From a virus (lineage: Duplodnaviria > Caudoviricetes), in IMG/VR virus record IMGVR_UViG_3300034788_000011, positions 1 to 34,698 of that record: a stretch of DNA of 34,698 bases. One strand, written 5' to 3'. The position numbers were made by a program, and so were the translations under genes. A model generated the notes under the pieces. That model was not told the DNA's origin. It saw only the letters and a list, made by a program, of their open reading frames with translations, and searched no databases. Shown one piece after another: positions 27,605 through 34,698 of the stretch; position 1 is the first letter of the stretch; every line of letters starts with the position of its first letter.

Positions 27605-27768
27605 CAGTTTAATTTAGGAAACAAATTCTGCTCAAGCAGATCGACCAACTTATCGTCCACGGTATTTGAGGTCTGCTTTACAAAGGCACGACATAGGTCA
27701 ACCACTAATCTCTTACATCCTGTCGTGGAAAGGAAGCGTAATAGTATAGGTTTTAGTATTTTGTACAT
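27604..27768 (-). CDS. Small amphipathic protein, 54 aa (MYKILKPILLRFL...TSNTVDD)
   Basis: ATG start at 27768; KPIL...NTVDD pattern recalled from cyanophage late regions. Confidence 0.68.
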   Translation of the reverse strand: MYKILKPILLRFLSTTGCKRLVVDLCRAFVKQTSNTVDDKLVDLLEQNLFPKLN

Positions 27769-27799
27769 AGTTTGTTTGTTTTTCCAAACATAGCACACG

Positions 27800-27961
27800 T
27801 TATTGTATTTTGCCTTCTATTCTGCTAACCGCTTCTGATAACTTGTTTAGTCTAAAGTATATGTCTCGTATGTCTCGTTCTCTACGACTACTCATGTTTG
27901 ATATCACCATAACTAAAGCTGTAGCTGCTGCTCCCACCAATGCACCATATATCTCAGGCAT
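27800..27961 (-). CDS. Single-TM plus coiled-coil protein, 53 aa (MPEIYGALVGAAATALVMVISNM...VSRIEGKIQ), holin-like candidate
   Basis: Translated by hand; N-terminal hydrophobic helix, C-terminal VSRIEG. Confidence 0.62.
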   Translation of the reverse strand: MPEIYGALVGAAATALVMVISNMSSRRERDIRDIYFRLNKLSEAVSRIEGKIQ

Positions 27962-27990
27962 TTGCGTAAATAGGTAATTATGTATAGTAT
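27962..27990 (+). promoter_or_regulatory. sigma70-type promoter TTGCGT-N17-TAGTAT for the plus-strand envelope cassette
   Basis: Canonical spacing; ends 18 nt before the ATG at 28009. Confidence 0.55.
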
Positions 27991-28008
27991 GACTAATAAA
28001 TCCTAATT

Positions 28009-28257
28009 ATGGCAGAGGAACAAGAAGAAAAAGAAGGCACGGATTGGGGAGAAATCTTTGGTCATGCTGTCCGATTTATGATTCTTTGTTGGTCGCTTGC
28101 AATGATGACTCTTGGATACATGGACAAAATTCGCAATGATGGAGCGTTTTTAGCCGGCTTGACCAGTGGCGTTTTAGGCAGCTACGGTATCTCTGTTAAC
28201 AAAAAGAAACCTGTAAACGCTGCTAAAGTAAATGACACAAAGGTAAATACACAATGA
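28009..28257 (+). CDS. Two-TM membrane protein, 82 aa
   Basis: VRFMILCWSLAMMTLGY and FLAGLTSGVLGSYGI helices; acidic N-terminus, basic C-terminus. Confidence 0.75.
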   Translation: MAEEQEEKEGTDWGEIFGHAVRFMILCWSLAMMTLGYMDKIRNDGAFLAGLTSGVLGSYGISVNKKKPVNAAKVNDTKVNTQ

Positions 28258-28778
28258 AAAAATTATTAGCATTACTGTTACTGTGTAGTCCTTCTGTAGC
28301 ACTAGCAGACATAAATCACTCAATACAGAATGTTGTTTCGGTCAGCACATTAGGTGCATCATCTACAGCTAATAGAATAGGTACTACGTTTTCGGCATCG
28401 GGTACAAATGTCACGCCAACAGCAGGTGACACTGCAAATGCCATTGGTACTTTAGATTTAACGGATGCACAGATTACTAACGGTATTCCTACAATTGACG
28501 CTACAACTACATACTCGGTTACAAATTCCGGGGATGCATGGTCAGTGTCGGAAAGTTATATCCAAGGCGATGCTATACCAAGTACAGGTATGACGGTTAC
28601 TAATGGTACTGTACCTGCACTAGTAGTTTTTGGAGATACTACAACTTTTGCAGGTGGAAACATAGGCACTACAGCTATGACTATGGACAGTGGTGGGGCA
28701 ATGACAGTTAACCTATCTGCTACAGGAGCAGGTGTAACAGCACAAATGTCCAACACAATTAAATTAGAAATTGATTAA
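28254..28778 (+). CDS. Exported Thr/Ser/Gly-rich beta protein, 174 aa
   Basis: Signal peptide MKKLLALLLLCSPSVALA; ATGA and TAATG coupling. Confidence 0.8.
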   Translation: MKKLLALLLLCSPSVALADINHSIQNVVSVSTLGASSTANRIGTTFSASGTNVTPTAGDTANAIGTLDLTDAQITNGIPTIDATTTYSVTNSGDAWSVSESYIQGDAIPSTGMTVTNGTVPALVVFGDTTTFAGGNIGTTAMTMDSGGAMTVNLSATGAGVTAQMSNTIKLEID

Positions 28779-29206
28779 TGAAATGGCTGGTACTGTTTTT
28801 ATTAGGAGTACCTAGTGCTTATGCTGGAGGAATTACGCCTTCGTTCTCGACAGGCCAAATGGAAAGTAGCAGTTCTAGTCGCACTGTGGTGGTGGAAACC
28901 ATTGTCACAGAAAATTATCGGACAGGGTATAGCTATTCATTACAAGGCCACAACATACAAATTAAAGATGGCACAGTTATATCACCAGAAGCGACATATA
29001 CAAACACGCAAACAGTTAACGGAGTGTCATTCCAGTGGGTGACACCAGACCTAACAACTAAACCACAGTGGGAAATCAAAACTCCCGGAGAATCTTTTTC
29101 AATAACAGAAAATTTTCTTGCACCGGGATTGGATGCAACAAGCACCATACAACGCACCATAACAACAGAAAGTCAAAGTACAAGTTTGTCAATTTTTTCA
29201 AATTAA
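28778..29206 (+). CDS. Exported Thr/Ser-rich beta protein, 142 aa
   Basis: Signal peptide MKWLVLFLLGVPSAYA. Confidence 0.8.
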   Translation: MKWLVLFLLGVPSAYAGGITPSFSTGQMESSSSSRTVVVETIVTENYRTGYSYSLQGHNIQIKDGTVISPEATYTNTQTVNGVSFQWVTPDLTTKPQWEIKTPGESFSITENFLAPGLDATSTIQRTITTESQSTSLSIFSN

Positions 29207-29808
29207 GTTTACTTTTATTATTTGCATCACCAGTTAAAGCTAATGTCGTTAGCTCTCCCAGTGCATCCAGTTCTGGAACGGTGATCAATAACGGCTACCA
29301 AACCATAAATGGTGGATTTCCAACGATGATTTATGGCGGTCAGGTGCAATGCCAACAACCAACACTAGCCTTTACACCGTTTGTGACTAAAGGAGAAAAC
29401 TATAATACACCTAGAATTACTACAACTACTACTAATATTTATGATCTTTCAGAAGATGTTAATGGTAACCTAGTAAATCCGGGAACTATCTTGTACCAAA
29501 GTGAACAGCCAAGAATAGAACAATCAACTCACAATTTTAATTATGGATTTACTGTTAGCCTACAGATACCACTTGGAAAAGGATCTGATCTTTGTATTAG
29601 AGCAGCCGAAAATCAAATAAAAGGACAAGAGTTTGTATTAGCTCGTCAAAAATTAGAAGCAAATTTGGCTCGTATGAAGGTATGTGCCGAGCAATTTAAA
29701 CTTGGAGTACAACTGATAAACGAAGATGCAGTTGCTTGTAAAAATGTTGTGCTAACAACTATACCTAATCAAGTTGTGCCACATACACACGAAATAAAAA
29801 CTAAGTAG
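29068..29808 (+). CDS. Exported, putative outer-membrane protein with beta-hairpin plus helix (start uncertain)
   Basis: Internal signal-like segment KLSLLLLFASPVKA; PTLAFTPF...NYGFTVSLQIPLG followed by a long helix; four Cys in the mature part. Confidence 0.72.
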   Translation: MGNQNSRRIFFNNRKFSCTGIGCNKHHTTHHNNRKSKYKFVNFFKLSLLLLFASPVKANVVSSPSASSSGTVINNGYQTINGGFPTMIYGGQVQCQQPTLAFTPFVTKGENYNTPRITTTTTNIYDLSEDVNGNLVNPGTILYQSEQPRIEQSTHNFNYGFTVSLQIPLGKGSDLCIRAAENQIKGQEFVLARQKLEANLARMKVCAEQFKLGVQLINEDAVACKNVVLTTIPNQVVPHTHEIKTK

Positions 29809-30418
29809 ATTTATCCTTAGACTTTCCTAGACGTTTTATAAGCTGCTTCGTAAGGGGTTTTATAGCGTTTAAAATAAGAGGAGTACTCGCAGCGATACTA
29901 GCGACAAAAAAAGTAGAGACAGCCACACTAGGCGTAGGTAAGTATTGGTCGATAAATTTGACTCTTTCATATTCGGTACGGCAATCACCGTTACTTTCTC
30001 TAACATAATTCTTAATTCGCTCCAATCGCTTATCGTTAACAAAACTTCCTATTCTTAACGCTCCTTCTGGGGGACAGGGTTCGTATTTTATTTTCTTTTC
30101 TTTCTTTGGTTTTGGTTGTACTACGTTTGTGTCCTGTGTGGGCGTAGAAGCAGTGTTAACTGGTGCTGGTGTTGTATCTATTACTTGTGCAGGGTCGTAT
30201 CTCATAGGCGTATACGATGGTATTTCACCATGTGGACATACTGTGTATGTTCCACGCTTGTCAGAAATAAGCAAAGATGGATTGCGTGTAGTTTCTAAAT
30301 CTCTGTGATATAAGTAACATCCCGGCAGCTTGCCTTCTAGTTTTGGTCTTGTAAAATACGGTGTATCTGGGATATCAATTGTTGGAAGAGTTATCTCAGG
30401 TATCTTTATTTCAGACAC
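29801..30418 (-). CDS. Pro-rich, four-Cys protein with C-terminal membrane anchor, 205 aa
   Basis: IPEITLPTIDIP, LPGC...CPHG...CPP...C, C-terminal VAVSTFFVASIAASTPLIL; converges on the plus cassette with an 8-bp overlap. Confidence 0.75.
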   Translation of the reverse strand: MSEIKIPEITLPTIDIPDTPYFTRPKLEGKLPGCYLYHRDLETTRNPSLLISDKRGTYTVCPHGEIPSYTPMRYDPAQVIDTTPAPVNTASTPTQDTNVVQPKPKKEKKIKYEPCPPEGALRIGSFVNDKRLERIKNYVRESNGDCRTEYERVKFIDQYLPTPSVAVSTFFVASIAASTPLILNAIKPLTKQLIKRLGKSKDKST

Positions 30419-30651
30419 TAAGGTATAAGTTTAGGTTTAGATGGTATTGGTAAAGATGGGCCTGTGACATCTGGCATTGCATTACCAAGTACATCTGGCA
30501 TTAACCCTTGGATTTCGCCAAGTACTTTATCCATAATCTTTTTTTGAAACTGGGGTGATTGAACATATTTGTATGTAAAAAAACCACCGCCTAGAATGCC
30601 TAACATAAGGATTCCAGTTACGATGGTAATAATGTCTAAAGCCTTACGCAT
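30418..30651 (-). CDS. Single-TM protein with Pro-rich tail, 77 aa
   Basis: IITIVTGILMLGILGGGFFTY; stop/start overlap with the 205-aa gene. Confidence 0.72.
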   Translation of the reverse strand: MRKALDIITIVTGILMLGILGGGFFTYKYVQSPQFQKKIMDKVLGEIQGLMPDVLGNAMPDVTGPSLPIPSKPKLIP

Positions 30652-30781
30652 GATTAAGTACCAGATAATACGAGCTTGCTCTTTAATGAGCTTAGTCGTT
30701 CTGATTCTTATAGTAGCAATCAGCCCTCTCTACGTCACTATGGGTTTAATAACTAGGCAGTTACAAGAAAAAATTAAGTAG
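30650..30781 (+). CDS. Possible 43-aa TM peptide (MIKYQIIRACSLMSLVVLILIVAISPLYVTMG...)
   Basis: Fills a gap with no minus-strand ORF; its ATG shares the CATG with the divergent 77-aa gene. Confidence 0.45.
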   Translation: MIKYQIIRACSLMSLVVLILIVAISPLYVTMGLITRQLQEKIK

Positions 30782-30959
30782 TTTGCTCTGGTACAGGTGC
30801 TGTATCAGGTACAACTACTTCTGCTTTTCTATCGTCTAGAATTGCTTGAATTTGTGTATACCTAGTTTTCATTTGGTTTACAACTTCCTGTGCTTCATTA
30901 TGTTTTTGCACTACTTGTGCAAGTTCTTCTTGAAGTTGTTGGTCTGTTGGTCTAGTCAT
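30774..30959 (-). CDS. Small coiled-coil protein, 61 aa
   Basis: TAATG-coupled to the upstream gene. Confidence 0.65.
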   Translation of the reverse strand: MTRPTDQQLQEELAQVVQKHNEAQEVVNQMKTRYTQIQAILDDRKAEVVVPDTAPVPEQTT

Positions 30960-31270
30960 TATAAAGGTAGTTTATCTGCTATTAGTTTAGCTTTCCACGC
31001 AGCTTTGACGTCAGTAGTCCACACAGCGTTACAAATTGCTGACACTTCTGTTGGTATGGCTGTAACACCATCAGGTTCTTTGTCTAATGGGTTGTCAACT
31101 AAATTATCAGAAGCATCTAACGTACCGGGTTGCAGTACATATCTTTCGTAAGACCTTGCACCTATATCTACGCCATCTTTTTTGATGACAGTTGCTTTAC
31201 GGACTTGAACGTGTTTATAAAGTCCAACGACTTCTATCTTGTCGTATTCAATTACTTCGGCTAGTGCCAT
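30959..31270 (-). CDS. Putative tail-fibre assembly/chaperone protein, 103 aa
   Basis: DKIEVVG...VQVRKATVIKKDG...ICNAVWT; directly after the fibre genes; SD GGAG. Confidence 0.65.
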   Translation of the reverse strand: MALAEVIEYDKIEVVGLYKHVQVRKATVIKKDGVDIGARSYERYVLQPGTLDASDNLVDNPLDKEPDGVTAIPTEVSAICNAVWTTDVKAAWKAKLIADKLPL

Positions 31271-31299
31271 TAGGATTAATCTCCGATTAAAACAGGTTT

Positions 31300-31335
31300 A
31301 GGCTTAGTTTATAGACTTAGCGCGGTCTAAGATGC
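31300..31335. repeat. 36-bp repeat copy A spanning the stop codon of fibre 2
   Basis: aggcttagtttatagacttagcgcggtctaagatgc; 31/36 identical to 32647-32682. Confidence 0.85.
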
Positions 31336-32631
31336 TTTATATACACCAGCACCATAAATATACAAATTGCTTGAATTATTTTTAATTGCGTTCCAGCTAT
31401 TATTATCACGATAAAATTCAATATATGTACTATTAGATGAAATCAAACCTCCCTGATTTTGATTACTGTTAAAAGCATTTGTATAACATTGAGTAAAATG
31501 ACCTCTGGAGGTACAAGTAAAAGGTAATCCGCTTATAAGGGCGTAGTTAGCGTTTTGTACTTCCCAAGAGTGCCATTCTAAATCAACGAAAACCAAGTCA
31601 CCTATCTTTGTATATTTTGCTGATTTAGTTCCAACACTTGTCATAGTTGTAGCATACCAAGCACCGTTGTAATAATACATAACAAATGGCGTCCAAGTTC
31701 CCTCTTCATAGTCATTAAGAGCGTTATCTGCTGCGGTATCACTTCCAAAATTTAAACCATTAGGTGTAAATTGTCCTCTTACAGTTCCACTAGATCCACA
31801 AATAAATTGAAGTCTATCTGAACCTCTACTATTTAATCCACTTACTAAAGTTCCATTTTTATAAAATTCTAAAGCAGCATGACAATTAGCTGTATTGCCT
31901 TCAATTTCAACTGCTGCCCTTGAACCTGTTCCAACATCACTTACTGTTAAAGTTTTTGTATGACTACCTATGTTAGGACTTGATTTTCCTATGCCAACAT
32001 GACCTGACATATCGATGCGCATCATCTCCTGATATAGGTTTACATTAGGCCCTGTCAAAAACCGCATATGTAATCCACCTGTTGAAGTATCAGCCATTTG
32101 AGCTATTATTCCAGCACATACACCGGGGGCAGAAGAATCAGCGTGTTCAAATTCTATTCCGCAAATATTTGTACCATTTGCAATACTTGTAGTGGTATTT
32201 TTAAGTCTTAGTGCAGGGAAAGTACCACCACTAACACTTAATTTGCGTGCTGGTGATGCTTCGCCTATACCTACTGTGCCATTTATAAAAGTATTGCCAT
32301 TATCACTATCTACGCTTAATTGGTCTACACCATTAGCAGATTCTATTCTAAACTCACCACTATCAACTTGCAATTTTAAAAGAGTTCCATTAAAAGTTAA
32401 TGCGGACTCACCATTTAAAGTATTTGCAGTACCAGAACCAGTAATAAGTCTGTCATCTGCGTTATTATTTATTGTTGTACCAGCAGGGATGCTTACTGTC
32501 TCAAAGCTAGGATCTGCTCCGTTGTTTGCTCTTAAAAATTTTCCATCGCTATTAGCATCGCCATGCAATAACTTAGCTAAAGTTATAGCTTCATCTTTTA
32601 TAGCAGGTGTAGATACTTTAGTTAATGCCAT
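31327..32631 (-). CDS. Tail fibre protein 2, 434 aa
   Basis: MALTKV start, TINNNADDRLITGSGTANTLNGE, VGIG repeats, tip DTAADNALNDYEEGTWTP...YTKIG. Confidence 0.85.
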   Translation of the reverse strand: MALTKVSTPAIKDEAITLAKLLHGDANSDGKFLRANNGADPSFETVSIPAGTTINNNADDRLITGSGTANTLNGESALTFNGTLLKLQVDSGEFRIESANGVDQLSVDSDNGNTFINGTVGIGEASPARKLSVSGGTFPALRLKNTTTSIANGTNICGIEFEHADSSAPGVCAGIIAQMADTSTGGLHMRFLTGPNVNLYQEMMRIDMSGHVGIGKSSPNIGSHTKTLTVSDVGTGSRAAVEIEGNTANCHAALEFYKNGTLVSGLNSRGSDRLQFICGSSGTVRGQFTPNGLNFGSDTAADNALNDYEEGTWTPFVMYYYNGAWYATTMTSVGTKSAKYTKIGDLVFVDLEWHSWEVQNANYALISGLPFTCTSRGHFTQCYTNAFNSNQNQGGLISSNSTYIEFYRDNNSWNAIKNNSSNLYIYGAGVYKAS

Positions 32632-32646
32632 AATAGTTTTTAGTAA

Positions 32647-32682
32647 AGGCTTAGTTTTAAGACGTAGCTCGGTCTAAGAAGC
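32647..32682. repeat. 36-bp repeat copy B spanning the stop codon of fibre 1
   Basis: aggcttagttttaagacgtagctcggtctaagaagc. Confidence 0.85.
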
Positions 32683-34698
32683 AAAATAAGTTATAGTAAA
32701 TAATGCATAAGCATTATTATTAGCTTTCATACGTTCTGCACCTGTATTATCTCGATTAACCCAAAAATTAATATGACTACTAGCTCCAAACATTTCAACA
32801 ACTACATTAAGAGTATCTGACGGTACATTCTGATCCCATAGTCTTACTGCACCTACACAACTACCACTACCATCAGTGCCACTTGCATTAGTAAAAGGTG
32901 CGTTATTAATAATAAAGTCTTGGTTGCCACCATTTGAGTCATTAACGCGTACTTGACCTCGTATTGTGACTTGTCTGCCTATTTTTGTATACATACAAAG
33001 ATCTTGACTTGAATGTAACGTTACACTATTTTCACAGGTAGCCGTAAATGTACCTTCCTCATAGTCACTAAGAGCGTTAACTGCGGCAGTGTCACCATTG
33101 AATTTAATTCCATTAGTATCTATTCGTGCATATTCCTCTGTATAACCAACAAACACATGAGGATATTTAGTTCCAACTCCTGATTTGTAACAGTTGTATT
33201 CAACTTTTCCAGCAGTTTTTACTCCAATAAAAGCTGATACAGCATTAGTTGAAGTATCACTAATAACCAAGTCAACATCACCACTATCTTGTACTCTTAA
33301 ACGCCCAGTTACACTAGCACCATTAGATTCAGTGATAAATTTTGAACTGTTGTTGTAAAATAATTCTGTCCCTGCATCACCTGTAATAACTAAGCTATCT
33401 TCCCAACTACCACTTTTTTTATTTTGAATTTTAAAAGGCCCACCATTATAAACACCTACATCAAATAAATCTGAATAATCATCACCTTCATCTGCTTTAA
33501 AAGTAATAAAAGCATTTCCATTTTCAGGCCCAATAACGGATATTCCATCTGATTCTGTTGCAAAAACTTTTATGTCGTTGTGATGTAAAGATACTTCTCC
33601 ATCTGGAACTGCAATTAAAGATTGTTTATCTGCACCTGTAAATAGTTTAAAACTACCGTTAGGATTTTTTATAAAATTATCACTCCCATTATGGTACATA
33701 ACCATGTCTGTACCAGCACCAAACTTTAATCTGTTTACATTTCCAGAGGCAACTGCATCATTGTTTGAATCTCCAAAAACAATACTATTACTGTTAGCGT
33801 CTAAGTTACCGCCTAACTGTGGTGATGTGTCACCAACTAAGTCTGTAGTTACTTGCGCCCAAGTTAAACCACCTGCTGCACTAGATTGTGCTTGCAAGAA
33901 ATATCCATTAACAGGATTATTTGATACATTTAATTTTGCTTCTGTTACTGTTCCGTCACTAGGAGTTCCAATACTTACAGAAGCACCAATAGTAACAATA
34001 AAGAAATCAGCACCAGATGGAGGTGGGCTACTAAATACAATGTTTGCACCATCTAATGCAAAACCTTCGCTTGGTTGTCCTGTACCTGTGTTAGGTTTTT
34101 GTACTACACCATTAATGCTGACCAGCATTTGTTGAGCAAACTGACCTGCATTACTTAATGTAAATTTGTATGCAGAACCATTAAATGTTGCACTATTACC
34201 ACCAGTACCACTAAAACTGCTAAGAGTATTTATAAAGAAATTACCAACAGATTGCGTTTCCTCCCATGCTCCATTACCACCATTAGCTTGAGCATTATAA
34301 ACAAGAAGTTTTCCGCTTGCTTGGTTAAAAAATAAATCACCACCATCTAAATCTGTTGATGGGTTATTACCTGTATTATCAGTTCTGTATCTTGCAGCAA
34401 AAGAGTTAACACCACTAAGGTTACTAGCTACAGTGTTTACATTTGCAATGCTGCCACCTACGTTGTTAACGTTAGCAATTGCACCACCAACAGTATTAAC
34501 ATTACTAATATTACTAGCAACCACACCAATGTTGTCATCGCCTACTGCAATGGTGTTACCCATATTATTGCCATGTACAGTGCAGTAATAACGTAATGAT
34601 GCAGGGGCATTTGCAGGTACAACAAAAGTTACGTTTGCCCCTGCTTGACCTGCTGTGCCGTTAACTGTTACTCCACTTGTATACGCATTACCGCCTGA
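32674..34698 (-). CDS. Tail fibre protein 1 (5' end beyond the window, >674 aa)
   Basis: Frame stays open upstream of 34563 to the window edge (SGGNAYTSGVTVNG...LRYYCTVHGNNMG). 10-aa NVNTV repeats, VSINGVVQKP, DTSPQLGGNLD, tip DTAAVNALSDYEEGTFT...YTKIG. Confidence 0.88.
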   Translation of the reverse strand, partial: SGGNAYTSGVTVNGTAGQAGANVTFVVPANAPASLRYYCTVHGNNMGNTIAVGDDNIGVVASNISNVNTVGGAIANVNNVGGSIANVNTVASNLSGVNSFAARYRTDNTGNNPSTDLDGGDLFFNQASGKLLVYNAQANGGNGAWEETQSVGNFFINTLSSFSGTGGNSATFNGSAYKFTLSNAGQFAQQMLVSINGVVQKPNTGTGQPSEGFALDGANIVFSSPPPSGADFFIVTIGASVSIGTPSDGTVTEAKLNVSNNPVNGYFLQAQSSAAGGLTWAQVTTDLVGDTSPQLGGNLDANSNSIVFGDSNNDAVASGNVNRLKFGAGTDMVMYHNGSDNFIKNPNGSFKLFTGADKQSLIAVPDGEVSLHHNDIKVFATESDGISVIGPENGNAFITFKADEGDDYSDLFDVGVYNGGPFKIQNKKSGSWEDSLVITGDAGTELFYNNSSKFITESNGASVTGRLRVQDSGDVDLVISDTSTNAVSAFIGVKTAGKVEYNCYKSGVGTKYPHVFVGYTEEYARIDTNGIKFNGDTAAVNALSDYEEGTFTATCENSVTLHSSQDLCMYTKIGRQVTIRGQVRVNDSNGGNQDFIINNAPFTNASGTDGSGSCVGAVRLWDQNVPSDTLNVVVEMFGASSHINFWVNRDNTGAERMKANNNAYALFTITYFAS

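Noticed and set aside
28570-28600. GTAACCGTCA on the minus strand as a fourth late promoter
   Set aside because: One mismatch, and the nearest -10-like hexamer (TAGCAT) is at 15 rather than 16 nt; it lies inside a CDS.
34420-34530. 30-bp-period repeats resembling a CRISPR or tandem array
   Set aside because: They are degenerate codons for the 10-aa NVNTV coiled-coil repeats of the fibre, with no spacers.
31300-34698. Diversity-generating retroelement (BPP-1-like virion, hairpin after fibre genes)
   Set aside because: No reverse transcriptase or Avd-like ORF, and no TR/VR pair with adenine-specific mismatches; the repeat mismatches are not A-restricted.
1-34698. tRNA/rRNA genes, photosynthesis AMGs (psbA, hli), DNA or RNA polymerase
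   Set aside because: None recognised; intergenic gaps are short and accounted for by promoters, terminators or micro-ORFs.

Overview
The whole window is an AT-rich, short-tailed (podovirus-type) dsDNA phage genome segment. It is most likely a marine picocyanobacterial (Prochlorococcus-like) phage; the host is inferred from gene families and composition. The minus strand (19.3 kb to 1) carries a BPP-1/epsilon15-like morphogenesis arm: HTH gene, TerS, TerL, 2OG-Fe(II) hydroxylase, GNAT, portal, scaffold, major capsid, cement, tail adaptor and nozzle, and three internal virion proteins. The last of these is a >1359-aa polyvalent protein missed by the ORF track. The plus strand (19.3-27.2 kb) carries small early genes, a Cro-like HTH, YqaJ/RecT, a DUF1376-type initiator with an internal ori-like repeat block, a DnaC-like loader, RusA and an SSB-like protein. 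The right end holds two tail-fibre genes and a 27.2-31 kb cluster of membrane/exported proteins with no recognisable endolysin. Highlights read from the DNA: (1) an envelope cassette with three signal-peptide proteins, one resembling half a TolC repeat; (2) ADP-ribosyltransferase plus HhH-glycosylase-like domains in an injected protein; (3) a three-copy early operator TGTTGCA-N5-TGCAAYA and a three-copy late promoter GTRACCGTAA-N16-TAYATT; (4) a 36-bp hairpin repeat at the stop codon of both fibre genes; (5) several unannotated micropeptides. Family assignments come from motif recognition only; no searches were run.
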